Below are positions 51,869 to 61,370 of a stretch of 64,000 bases of DNA, one piece after another (positions within the stretch are counted from its first letter, which is position 1; every line of letters begins with the position of its first letter). Origin of the DNA: an uncultured delta proteobacterium (GTDB lineage: Bacteria > Myxococcota_A > Polyangia > Polyangiales > Houyiibacteriaceae). The translations under genes were made by a program, and so were the position numbers. The notes beneath the pieces were generated by a model. The model was given only the letters and a program-made list of their open reading frames with translations, ran no database searches and had not been told where the DNA came from. The stretch lies in contig CAVQUI010000006.1 of assembly GCA_963716775.1 (NCBI GenBank), forward strand, positions 212,740 through 276,739, written 5' to 3'.

Positions 51869-51970
51869 CTAGGCACGTGCTTTCGGAAGGTCAAGCGGCT
51901 TCGCAGCCCGTTGCGCTGATATCACACGCAATCCTTGCGTCGCTCCAAGCATGTCGTCTACAACGCGAGC

Positions 51971-52351
51971 GTGAGCTTCGTTTGGGTGGCGATTGCGGGA
52001 GCGGCGGGGACCTGTCTTCGGTACTGGGTTTCCGTGCTGCTCGGGCCCATTACCGCCGCGCAGGGCTTCCCTTGGGCGACGTTCGCTGTCAACGCGCTCG
52101 GTTCTTTAGGGCTCGGCCTGGTCTTCGTGCTCGCTGAGGGCCGGTCGTGGTTTGGGGCCGACCTGCGACTTCTGCTCGGCACCGGCCTCATGGGCGGTTT
52201 CACGACTTATTCGGCGTTCAACCTCGAGAGCATTGGGCTCATGCAGAATGAGGCATGGGGCCGAGCTGCCATCTACATGGCTGGTACGGTCCTGGTCTGC
52301 CTGGTTGCGGGTGCGCTGGGCTTGATCGTCGGGCGCGCGATTCGAGGATAG
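51971..52351 (+). CDS. crcB: Fluoride ion channel CrcB/FluC
   Basis: This is ORF 51935..52351. It shows GAAGTCLRYWV, FPWATFAVNALGS and GLMGGFTTYSAF. The GTG at 51971 gives the typical length of about 126 aa. Confidence 0.85.
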   Translation: MSFVWVAIAGAAGTCLRYWVSVLLGPITAAQGFPWATFAVNALGSLGLGLVFVLAEGRSWFGADLRLLLGTGLMGGFTTYSAFNLESIGLMQNEAWGRAAIYMAGTVLVCLVAGALGLIVGRAIRG

Positions 52352-52352
52352 C

Positions 52353-53996
52353 TCAGGGCTCGGGCTTGCCGAGCAGCCAGACGCGCGCGCTGTGCCCAAG
52401 CGCGTAGACAGCACCGGATGCCGCGGCCAGGCCGCCAAGCCAGTAGCTCTCCTGTGAAAGCAAGATCGCGCCTGCGATGATCAGCGAACCGACTACCAGT
52501 CCGCTGAATGCGCGCCGGCCGAGACGGTCGGCCGCCGACTCTAGCTGCGTCTGTTGAGTGCGAACGGTGAATGCGCCCTTGCGCAGGTCCTCGAGAATCT
52601 CTTCGACTTGCAGCGGCATCTCGGTGGTTGCAGCGCCCAGGCGGCGTAGACCTCGGAGCGCATCCTGCGTCATGCGCTCTGGCGAATAGCGTTGCTGGAA
52701 GAGCTCCATGAAATAGGGGCGCACCTCTTCGAGCAAATCGAGCTCCGGATAGATCTCTTTGCCGACGCCTTCGACCGTCATGATGCTCTTGCCCAGCATC
52801 AGAAACTCCGACGGAATCTCGACGCCGAATTTGCGCGAGCCCATGACGAGGTCGCGGATCAAGGGGCCAATCTCGATTTCCTTGAGTCGCTTTCCGAGGT
52901 AGCGCTGTGCCAAGGTCGCAACCTCTGCGTCGTACGCGTCGCGGTTGATCTTGTGCGCGGGCCTGCCGATCGTGTAGAGGGCGTCCGCGATTCCGCTGTA
53001 GTCCTCGCGAACCGCGGCCAGCATCAAATCGATGGTGCGGTCGCGCATCTTGGGCGAGAGCCGGCCGACCATCCCGACGTCGACCATGCCGATCACCGGC
53101 TCGTCGTCCGTGCCCAGAATGATGATGTTTCCCGGATGCGGATCGGCGTGAAAGAAGCCGTCTTCGAAAATCTGCTGAACGATGATCTCGACCGAGCGCT
53201 TGGCCATCAGCTCGCCGCTGACGCCGGCGTGCTGGGCGGCATAGACCTTTCGGCCTTCGAGATACTCGAGCGTCAGCACCCGCTTTGCGCTCGCTCTTCG
53301 ATAGACCTTGGGGAACTTGGCATGTGGATTGTGCCGGAAGTTCTCCGTGAAGCGTTCGTGATTGTCGGCCTCGAGCGAGAAATCGAGCTCGGCGGCAACG
53401 GAGCGGTCGAATTCCTCGACCAGGCTGACCGGCCGATACAGATGCGACTCGGGCATCGAGCGCACGATGGCCTTGGCAAGCCAATAGAGAAGGTCGATAT
53501 CCCGGGCCATCAGTGCCTGCACCTTCGGGCGCTGGACCTTGACGACGACATCCGGGGCTTCGGCTCCATCGCGGAGACGGGCTCTGTGCACTTGCGCGAT
53601 TGAAGCCGAGGCGAGCGGCACCTCGTCGAACGATTCGTAGACCTCGGCGAGCTCACAGCCGAGCTCACGCTCGACCTGCTCGCGGATCGCTTCGAAGGGC
53701 TCGGGGGCGACCTCGTCCTGCAGCTTCTTGAGCTCGACGAGGATGTCCTCGGGAATCAAGTCTGGGCGCGTCGACATGATTTGGCCGAGTTTCACAAACG
53801 AGGGCCCGAGGTCTTCCAAGACCTTCCGGAGGCGGATGCCGGCCGGCATCCGTCCAGCATCATCGCGTTTGCGACCCGGAATCAATGTGCTGAGCCCGGT
53901 CCGTTCAACGACTTCGCCAAAGCCATGCACGGCTAGAACGCCAGCGATTTGACGCAAACGCTCCAGGTCGCGAACGGTGTTGAGAATCGAAGGCAT
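52353..53996 (-). CDS. ABC1/UbiB-family atypical kinase
   Basis: The 547-aa ORF has LGPSFVKLGQIMSTRPDLIP, PLASASIAQVHRARL and FFHADPHPGNI, with C-terminal TM helices. Confidence 0.85.
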   Translation of the reverse strand: MPSILNTVRDLERLRQIAGVLAVHGFGEVVERTGLSTLIPGRKRDDAGRMPAGIRLRKVLEDLGPSFVKLGQIMSTRPDLIPEDILVELKKLQDEVAPEPFEAIREQVERELGCELAEVYESFDEVPLASASIAQVHRARLRDGAEAPDVVVKVQRPKVQALMARDIDLLYWLAKAIVRSMPESHLYRPVSLVEEFDRSVAAELDFSLEADNHERFTENFRHNPHAKFPKVYRRASAKRVLTLEYLEGRKVYAAQHAGVSGELMAKRSVEIIVQQIFEDGFFHADPHPGNIIILGTDDEPVIGMVDVGMVGRLSPKMRDRTIDLMLAAVREDYSGIADALYTIGRPAHKINRDAYDAEVATLAQRYLGKRLKEIEIGPLIRDLVMGSRKFGVEIPSEFLMLGKSIMTVEGVGKEIYPELDLLEEVRPYFMELFQQRYSPERMTQDALRGLRRLGAATTEMPLQVEEILEDLRKGAFTVRTQQTQLESAADRLGRRAFSGLVVGSLIIAGAILLSQESYWLGGLAAASGAVYALGHSARVWLLGKPEP

Positions 53997-54069
53997 GCGC
54001 CGGGCAGCCTAGCACTCAGGCGCTCGCGTGGGGGGGGGAGCAGGTGCCAGCTGTGGAATCCTGGTATCG

Positions 54070-55617
54070 TTAGCGCTTGCGGCGACGAACGAAGAACAGG
54101 GCCAGGAGGATGGCAGTGACCGGTCCGGGCCAGTCCCCGAAATTCCTGTAGAGGGTCTTTGACTCGAGCGGGTGTACGTCGCCGCGTAGGGAGGCCTCTT
54201 CGAGCTGCCCAGTGCGCGATAGGATTCGTCCGTGCGGATCGATGATCGCGCTGATACCACTGTTCGTCGCTCGTATCAGGTAGCGCCGATGCTCGATTGC
54301 GCGAAGTCGCGCGAGCCCGAGGTGTAGCCGTGGTCCAGCTGAGGCCCCGAACCAGCCGTCATTGGCCAGGCTGACGAGCAACTGCGCGTCAGTGGCCTCC
54401 ATCAGCGCCCGAACGAAGTCCGGCCGGATCGCTTCGTAGCAAATCGGCGTAGCGATTCTCCAGGGGCCGAGTTGCAGCGCTTGCTTCGCCTGCCCTGGGA
54501 TGAACTGCCCGGCAGAAGGGGCCCGTTGGGCCAAGCTGGGAAGAAGCGAGCCCAGGGGAACGAACTCCGCAAAAGGGATGAGAAGATTCTTGTCGTATCG
54601 CGAGCGGATCAAGCCATCGGCGTCGGCGAGAAAAGAGCTGTTGAAGCGCTGCCGCTGCCCATCTGGCGTCTCGACGAAGACTCCGCCGAAGAGCAGCGGT
54701 GCTTTCAGGCCTTGGCGAACCGACTCGCCGCGCAGGGGTAGATCGCCACTCAGCGCATGAAGAAAAGCCGTCTCCGGCCAAATCAGCAGGTCCGCTGGGC
54801 CCTGTGCTTCGAATGCGCGGCTCTGCGAGACGTAGCGGTGATGGGACAGCAGGCGGTCGCGGCGCTTTTCGATGACGTCGACATTGGCTTGGATGACACC
54901 GACCCGAATCACGGGTGCGGTCGAGAGCCGCGTTTCTGTGTCTGCGATGACCGTGTACCCGTAGCCCAGTGTCGCAGCGATCAATGCAAGAGCCGCCATC
55001 GTTCCAAGTCCGAATGGGCGATTGCGGGCGTGTACGCGTTGCACGAAATCTACGACCGCCGCGTTGACCGCGCATAGCAGGGCGCTCGCCAGGAGCGGCC
55101 CGCCGAGGGCGACGACTTGGACCAAGTAGCTGCGGTCGACGATGGTGTTTCCGAGAAAGAACGGGAAGAAAGAAGGGTAGAGCCATTCGATCGTGAGCCA
55201 GGGCGCAATCATCGCGAGCCAGACGGAGCCGCCGCGACCCCGGACCCAACCGTAGGCCCAGCCGAAGAGCATAAAACGGCCGGAGAACCAGACGCCCCAG
55301 AGCAGCCAAATCACCCAACTCAGCGTAGCCGCGCCGCTCCAGAAGAGCTCCAAGGCAGGTCGCATCCAGTGGTAGCCGCCGACGTACGCGACCCATCCGT
55401 AGACCGCGCCTTGAAAGAGCAAGTCGGCTGGTTCACTGGCTTCTTCGAGCGAGAGCGCGAGAAGTGCAACGCTCAGGAACGCAGCTGGCCAGAAGCCGAC
55501 CCCGGGGAAGGCGACGAACAGGAGCGCACCGCCCAATGCCGACAGCCATGTTCGCCAACGCTTCACCCCGGCTCTTATACAACGGGCTCCGCTTCGTCGT
55601 TGCGAGCGCGGTTCCAA
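54070..55617 (-). CDS. lnt: Apolipoprotein N-acyltransferase
   Basis: The 515-aa ORF has an N-terminal polytopic region and a CN-hydrolase domain (LLIWPETAF, KNLLIPFAEFVP, ICYEAIRPDF). The start may be an internal GTG near 55566. Confidence 0.85.
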   Translation of the reverse strand: MEPRSQRRSGARCIRAGVKRWRTWLSALGGALLFVAFPGVGFWPAAFLSVALLALSLEEASEPADLLFQGAVYGWVAYVGGYHWMRPALELFWSGAATLSWVIWLLWGVWFSGRFMLFGWAYGWVRGRGGSVWLAMIAPWLTIEWLYPSFFPFFLGNTIVDRSYLVQVVALGGPLLASALLCAVNAAVVDFVQRVHARNRPFGLGTMAALALIAATLGYGYTVIADTETRLSTAPVIRVGVIQANVDVIEKRRDRLLSHHRYVSQSRAFEAQGPADLLIWPETAFLHALSGDLPLRGESVRQGLKAPLLFGGVFVETPDGQRQRFNSSFLADADGLIRSRYDKNLLIPFAEFVPLGSLLPSLAQRAPSAGQFIPGQAKQALQLGPWRIATPICYEAIRPDFVRALMEATDAQLLVSLANDGWFGASAGPRLHLGLARLRAIEHRRYLIRATNSGISAIIDPHGRILSRTGQLEEASLRGDVHPLESKTLYRNFGDWPGPVTAILLALFFVRRRKR

Positions 55618-55635
55618 GTGCCTAGTATCGCGGCC

Positions 55636-56337
55636 ATGGCGAATCCCGGCCTACGGCGCGCACTGGTCGCGCTCGTCCTCTTGGGTGCCGGAATCACGAC
55701 GGTCTACCTTCTCGCCCCCTCTGCTCGGAGCACCGATCCGGATCGAAGCGAGGGAGCCGAAGATGCGAGGCGGGTGCGGCGCGAGGCCAGGCCGGACAGC
55801 GATGCGAGCGCAGCGGAGACTCGGCTCGGTGATGCCTCGGATGGGGGCGTCTCGGGGCCGGAGCGTTCCGCGCACCCCGATGATCCCATCGACCTCGGGG
55901 ACTTCGACTTCGAGTCGATTCGGGCCAGAACACCCCGAAATCTATACTGGAAAATGGCGGTGCCCACCGATGACCCGGCACAGCTCGAAGCCCGCCGCCA
56001 GGAGCGAGAACGACGCAACACGCAGTTCGGAAAGGTTCAATCGAACACCGCAACGGTGGAAGAGATTCGAGACTACTACTCGTATCGCCGCCAGCTCTCC
56101 GAGGACTACATCGAGGTGGTCGACCTGATGCTGTCCGAGCACGGCGACGAGCTTTCGGAGCGCGACGTCGGCCTGTTCGAGCTTGCCATCTCCATGCACA
56201 GCGCGAACCTGCGCGAGATTCCCGCCAAGGTTGATGACGCGTTGCGGCGCAAGGAAGCGTACGATCGGGCGAAAGCAGCCTGGAAGGCTCAGCAGGCCGA
56301 GGAGGCGCAGGGCGAGGCGACGGACTCGGAGAACTAG
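55636..56337 (+). CDS. Hypothetical membrane-anchored protein with a charged helical C-terminal region
   Basis: This is the 3' part of ORF 55117..56337, starting from the ATG at 55636. It has the N-terminal anchor LRRALVALVLLGAGITTVYLLA, followed by a region rich in E, R, D and A. Confidence 0.45.
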   Translation: MANPGLRRALVALVLLGAGITTVYLLAPSARSTDPDRSEGAEDARRVRREARPDSDASAAETRLGDASDGGVSGPERSAHPDDPIDLGDFDFESIRARTPRNLYWKMAVPTDDPAQLEARRQERERRNTQFGKVQSNTATVEEIRDYYSYRRQLSEDYIEVVDLMLSEHGDELSERDVGLFELAISMHSANLREIPAKVDDALRRKEAYDRAKAAWKAQQAEEAQGEATDSEN

Positions 56338-56425
56338 CGAGATGTCACAAAGTGAGACTTGATGACGGAGCCGTTTCGATGATAGTCGTAATCGCAGTCG
56401 GCCCGTTTTGGATAGGAGAGATCCC

Positions 56426-57727
56426 ATGCGCAAGAGCTTCTTCGCGATCATCGCGTTCTGTGTTGTATTGCTGCCCCTGGATGCAGCTCGAGGAATAGGA
56501 CTCGAAGACATCGTAGACGGTGAGAACCACTACGCTTGGGAAACGGTCGAGCTGCCCGGGACGACCTGTGGCGATGGTTCGCAGTATCGGTTCTTCGTGC
56601 ACGACACCGCGTCCGAGAACCTGGTCGTCTACTTCCAAGGCGGCGGCGCATGTTGGGACTTCGACACCTGTAGCGGGCGGGCCGGATTGCTCGGCGCTGC
56701 CAACCCGAACGGCATCCCGGCTGACTACATCTTCGGAACCCTGCCGACGTTCGTGTCGCCGATCGTCAATGGCGCCGACCCTGGCATTCCGTTTCGCTCC
56801 CGCACCGATTTGATCACCAAGGGCTGGGACGTCGTTTTCATGCCGTACTGCACGGGTGACGTCCACGTCGGCAACCGAGTCACGACGTACGTCGACCAGA
56901 CGGGCCAAGAGCCCCCGCTCACCTGGCACCACAACGGCTACAACAACACGCTCGCAGCGCTCAACGAGCTCGCTTCTCGCTTCCCCAACGTCAACAAGAT
57001 GCTGGTCAGCGGATACAGCGCGGGCGGGGTCGCGACGGGCGTTGGCTACTACTTCGCGCGCCAGATTCTAAATCCGAATGAAGGCTACATGATCAACGAC
57101 TCGGGTCCCGTGTTTCCTTCGCCGAACGCATCGTCGAACTCCCGGCCACTGCACGACACCATCACCCAGTCCTGGGATCTTCCCTCGGTGTTTGACCAGC
57201 TTCCCGCGACCTTCGACGACAGCGACTTCGGCAGCATCAACGTGATGATGGCGCTCGAGTATCCGTCCGATCAGCTCGCGTACACGGGCTACTCGCGCGA
57301 CTTCAACTTCTCTCGATTCTCGTACGAGCGCTTCTACCCCGGCATCAGCGCGGAGGGGATACTGACGAAGTGGAAGCAGGACCAAGACAACCTCGTCGCC
57401 CAGCTCTCACAGTTCCCTAACTTCTCGTACAACATCCCTTGGCACCGGCCGATGAACGACAGCCATTGCTCGACCATCGTCACCTTCATCGGCAGCCACA
57501 ACTGCCCGACCGTGCGCAAGAAGCGCTGGTACGAGGCCTTCCAGTGGCCCTGGAGCCAGAGCTGGAAGTGCCCCGGCACCTCGCAGACCATGGAAGATTT
57601 CATCGACGACTTCGTGGGCAACGATCAAGTGTTCCGTCTCGTCGAACCCCCCAACGGATACAACAACGAGGATCCCGGCATGCTGATCGTGGCCCCCCTG
57701 ATCGACGACGCGATTTCCGGGAGTTGA
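56426..57727 (+). CDS. Secreted alpha/beta hydrolase of the pectin acetylesterase / Notum-like family
   Basis: This is ORF 56408..57727; the ATG at 56426 is preceded by AGGAGAG. It has a signal peptide (MRKSFFAIIAFCVVLLPLDAA), VVYFQGGGACWDFDTC, MPYCTGDVHVG and the nucleophile elbow VSGYSAGGVA. Confidence 0.6.
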   Translation: MRKSFFAIIAFCVVLLPLDAARGIGLEDIVDGENHYAWETVELPGTTCGDGSQYRFFVHDTASENLVVYFQGGGACWDFDTCSGRAGLLGAANPNGIPADYIFGTLPTFVSPIVNGADPGIPFRSRTDLITKGWDVVFMPYCTGDVHVGNRVTTYVDQTGQEPPLTWHHNGYNNTLAALNELASRFPNVNKMLVSGYSAGGVATGVGYYFARQILNPNEGYMINDSGPVFPSPNASSNSRPLHDTITQSWDLPSVFDQLPATFDDSDFGSINVMMALEYPSDQLAYTGYSRDFNFSRFSYERFYPGISAEGILTKWKQDQDNLVAQLSQFPNFSYNIPWHRPMNDSHCSTIVTFIGSHNCPTVRKKRWYEAFQWPWSQSWKCPGTSQTMEDFIDDFVGNDQVFRLVEPPNGYNNEDPGMLIVAPLIDDAISGS

Positions 57728-58470
57728 CGCGGCGTATTGCCATCGTGCTTGCCTGCGCGGCGTGGCCGGCGATCCTAGGACTGGGCTGTGAGTGCGGTCG
57801 GCGCGTTGCGCCGGACAAGCCGTCCGCGGGGCCTCCGGCGCCGTCCCTCGACACCGAGGCAAACCTGAATCGGCAAATGGGGGTCGGCGAGCGACCCATC
57901 CTCAGAGTGCCGACGCCAAACGATCGATTCCTCCTCGCCGTGCAGGAGCTCGATGGCGAGGCAGCGGAACGATGGCTCGCGAAGGGAGCGGAGGCCTCGG
58001 CTAGAGATGCCACGGGCAGCACGGCCACGGTGCTCGCGGTACGCGAAGGCGCCGACGTCGACTTCCTTCGTTTCTTGCTTGGACGCGGAGCCGCCCTCGA
58101 CACCCCGGACGGTGCAGGTCGAACGCCCCTGAGCTGGGCCTGCGCGCGCGGCGAAGCGACCGTGGTTCGGTTCTTGCTCGAGGCTGGCGCGAACGCGACG
58201 ACGGTGGATACCCTAGGCCGATCGCCGCTTCACCACGCGGTTTTCGGAGGCAAGGTCGAAGCGGTGCCTGAGCTTCTGGGCTCGGGCGCCAAGATCGACG
58301 CCCAGGACTCGATGGGTTCGACGCCCCTGATGTACGCCTGCGGGAAGAACGATCGAGCGATGGTGCAGGCTCTGACCGAGCGTGGAGCCGATCCGAGCCT
58401 CGAAGACAAGTTGGGCCGAACCGCGGCCGATCGCGCCCACGGAGACGACAACCCCTGTGCCAAGCCATGA
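57724..58470 (+). CDS. Ankyrin-repeat lipoprotein
   Basis: This is the 3' part of ORF 57439..58470. The TTG at 57724 overlaps the upstream stop (TTGA). It has the lipobox ILGLGCE and ankyrin repeats (GRTPLSWACARGEATVVRFLLEAGAN, GRSPLHHAVFGGKVEAVPELLGSGAK, GSTPLMYACGKNDRAMVQALTERGAD). Confidence 0.7.
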   Translation: MTRRIAIVLACAAWPAILGLGCECGRRVAPDKPSAGPPAPSLDTEANLNRQMGVGERPILRVPTPNDRFLLAVQELDGEAAERWLAKGAEASARDATGSTATVLAVREGADVDFLRFLLGRGAALDTPDGAGRTPLSWACARGEATVVRFLLEAGANATTVDTLGRSPLHHAVFGGKVEAVPELLGSGAKIDAQDSMGSTPLMYACGKNDRAMVQALTERGADPSLEDKLGRTAADRAHGDDNPCAKP

Positions 58471-58591
58471 AGAAGGCCCCGGAACGGGCGCTAGTTGGGA
58501 GTTCCACTTTCGTATTTACGATTGTGAAACAATTCGGAAATAATCGGGGGGTACACCCATTCGCATCGGCGGTTCTCGTTGGGCTGCTTGA

Positions 58592-58945
<354 letters not shown>

Positions 58946-59106
58946 CTCGAGCTCGGCAAGTGCAAATGCCTCGTTGGGTTTAGATCCCGGCGGGGCATTC
59001 TTGCGTTTGAGCTCCGAAAATCTGCGGGATTTCAGAGGTTTGTGGGGATGCAGAGGTTTGACGCGGGCTTGTTCAGTCAGATACCATTTCTGAACTGCAC
59101 CGGTAC

Positions 59107-59967
59107 ATGGGGATGAGTGCTTCACGATTGGCCGCGCGAACGGTCCGAGTTCTACCGCGCAAGCGATTGAGCAAGGCGCTTGGCAGGCTTGCATCGTCCA
59201 GGGCCCCTCAGGCTGTGGTGGACGCCGCGGTGACCGCCTTCGTTCGGGTCTACGACGTGGATCTGAGTGAGGTGGAGATGCCCGACGGGGGCTTCCGCAC
59301 CTTCGATGACTTCTTCACGCGAAGGCTTCTCCCGGGGTCGCGCCCGATCGACTCTGACCCGTCTGCGCTCGTGTCCCCAGCGGATGGGCGAATCGAGGAT
59401 CTCGGTGCGATCACCGCTGAGGGCCAGCTCATCGTGAAGGGCCAGCCATACACTGCCGCCGCGCTCCTCGGCGATCCGGATGCGGCGCGGGCTTACGAGG
59501 GCGGCCACTATTTCATCGTCTACCTTTCGCCGCGCGACTACCACCGAGTACACGCGCCGACCTGCGGAGACGTGCAGTGCGTGCGGTACGTTCCGGGCAC
59601 TTTGTTCCCAGTAAACCGAATTGGGACCGACTTTGTCCCTCAGCTTTTCGCAAGGAACGAACGTCTTGCTATTGTGCAAGAGAGCGTTGTTCACGGAATC
59701 GTGACGACGATCATGGTGGGAGCGATCGGGGTGGGACGTATCGGCTTGAGCTTTGATGATGTGCAGACGAACCGGGGGGATACGCCGGGGCTGCGGAGCT
59801 ACGCCGATTCGCCGATTCCGCGTGACCGAGGCGATGAGCTCGGGGTGTTTCACATGGGCTCGACTGCGATCGTGATGACGTCCCCCGGTTGCAAGCTCGA
59901 GGTCCTCGCGCGGGCGGGCTCGTCGATTCGGATGGGCGAAGTCATGGCCAGAGGGGAGCGCCCGTGA
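59107..59967 (+). CDS. psd: Phosphatidylserine decarboxylase proenzyme
   Basis: The 286-aa ORF has FFTRRL, SPADG, YLSPRDYHRVH and the self-cleavage region FHMGSTAIV. Confidence 0.85.
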   Translation: MGMSASRLAARTVRVLPRKRLSKALGRLASSRAPQAVVDAAVTAFVRVYDVDLSEVEMPDGGFRTFDDFFTRRLLPGSRPIDSDPSALVSPADGRIEDLGAITAEGQLIVKGQPYTAAALLGDPDAARAYEGGHYFIVYLSPRDYHRVHAPTCGDVQCVRYVPGTLFPVNRIGTDFVPQLFARNERLAIVQESVVHGIVTTIMVGAIGVGRIGLSFDDVQTNRGDTPGLRSYADSPIPRDRGDELGVFHMGSTAIVMTSPGCKLEVLARAGSSIRMGEVMARGERP

Positions 59968-61364
59968 GCGGCGAGCCGGCCGACAAGGCAGAGGGGACTT
60001 CGTCCCGAGCCCCGCGAAGGCGGCGCGCGCTTCGAGTTCCGATCACCGACATTCCTCGCGCAAGCGTCCTCGAGAGCTCGCCACCGCGTCATTGCAACGG
60101 AAACGGTGCTGCCCACGACGTTTCAAATGTGCTCGAGCTCGATCCTCCGAGTGGGGTCACCTTCGCGGTCGAGCCCGGCGACGACCGCGAGCCCACCGAA
60201 CCCTCGTTCATGACGATTCCCGATCCGCTATTCGACGAGGCCCCGGAAATCGATGACGAAGACGTGTCGATGCCCTCGATCGACGTGCATTTCAGTGAGC
60301 CGCCCGCGGCTCGGACTTCCACCATGCCACCGGCTTCGGCACGTTACAGCGAGCCACCCGAGGAGCTCTTTCTCGACGACTCCGACGTGCTTTCGCGCAG
60401 CGATATCGATCCAGCGCTCAAGAGAAGCGCGGAGATCGTGATCCCCATGACCAAGCCTCCGCCTCCGCCTGCGGATTCGAAGGAGTCGGGGTCCGCCGAA
60501 GTCGAGGCGGACGATGAAGGGCCCTGGCACGAGCATTTCTTTGGCGAGGCATACCTGCGTACGGTTCGAACTTCGACGCCCAAGGAAGTCGCCGTCGAGT
60601 GTGGGGTCATCGAGCGCGCTCTGCGGATGCCCGTGGGGTCGCGCATTTTGGACGTGGGCTGCGGGCTTGGCGTCCAAACGGTCGAGCTCGCTTCACGGGG
60701 TTATCAGATGGTCGGTCTGGACATCTCGGCCACGATGGTCTCGCGCGCCTACGACGAAGCCGAAGACCGAGGGCTGCAAATCGACTTCATTCGCGGCGAC
60801 ATGCGCGAGATCGGCTTTGAGGATCCGTTCGACGCCATGCTCTGCTGGGGCACGACCTTCGGGTACTTCAGCGAAGAGGAGAACGAGCTCACGATTCGGA
60901 AGTTCCACGAAGCGGTGCGCCCGAACGGCACGCTCCTGCTGGAGGTCGTCAACCGCGACTTCCTGATCGGTTCTCAGCCAAACCAGGTTTGGTTCGAGGT
61001 AGACGGAGCGGTGTGCATGGAAGAGACCGACTTCGACTACGCCACGTCACGGCTCCGCGTAAAACGGCGCGTGGCAAACCACAGCGGCCAACAGCACGAT
61101 CGGCTCTATTCGATTCGCCTCTACTCGCTGCACGAGATCTGCGCACTGCTCGAGCGCAATGGCTTCCGCGTCGATGAGGTCAGCGGCCGGGAAGCCACTC
61201 TCGGGATCTTCTTCGGAGTCCACTCACCGAAGATGATCATTCGCGCCGAGCGTTTGCCCGGCTCGATCAACGAAGAGAGCAGTATTCCGCCAGCACGCCC
61301 CTCCGTCCCGCTGGGGGCACTCAGACCCTCGGAGTTTCCGCCGGCCTCTACCGAAGGTGACTAG
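59964..61364 (+). CDS. Class I SAM-dependent methyltransferase with an acidic/Pro-rich N-terminal extension of about 200 aa
   Basis: This is the 3' part of ORF 59889..61364. The GTG at 59964 overlaps the psd stop (GTGA). It has the SAM motif ILDVGCGLGVQTVELASRGYQMVGLDIS. Confidence 0.65.
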   Translation: MSGEPADKAEGTSSRAPRRRRALRVPITDIPRASVLESSPPRHCNGNGAAHDVSNVLELDPPSGVTFAVEPGDDREPTEPSFMTIPDPLFDEAPEIDDEDVSMPSIDVHFSEPPAARTSTMPPASARYSEPPEELFLDDSDVLSRSDIDPALKRSAEIVIPMTKPPPPPADSKESGSAEVEADDEGPWHEHFFGEAYLRTVRTSTPKEVAVECGVIERALRMPVGSRILDVGCGLGVQTVELASRGYQMVGLDISATMVSRAYDEAEDRGLQIDFIRGDMREIGFEDPFDAMLCWGTTFGYFSEEENELTIRKFHEAVRPNGTLLLEVVNRDFLIGSQPNQVWFEVDGAVCMEETDFDYATSRLRVKRRVANHSGQQHDRLYSIRLYSLHEICALLERNGFRVDEVSGREATLGIFFGVHSPKMIIRAERLPGSINEESSIPPARPSVPLGALRPSEFPPASTEGD

Positions 61365-61370
61365 GCTCTT

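Noticed and set aside
51848-51970. Possible fluoride riboswitch (crcB motif) upstream of crcB
   Set aside because: I looked on the plus strand for the conserved features I remember (a GGxGAUGG-type 5' element, an AAACGC/AACCGCC core and a CUAAUGA-type 3' element). I could not find them, and the region shows no convincing pseudoknot-compatible helices. An Infernal scan with the Rfam fluoride model would settle this.
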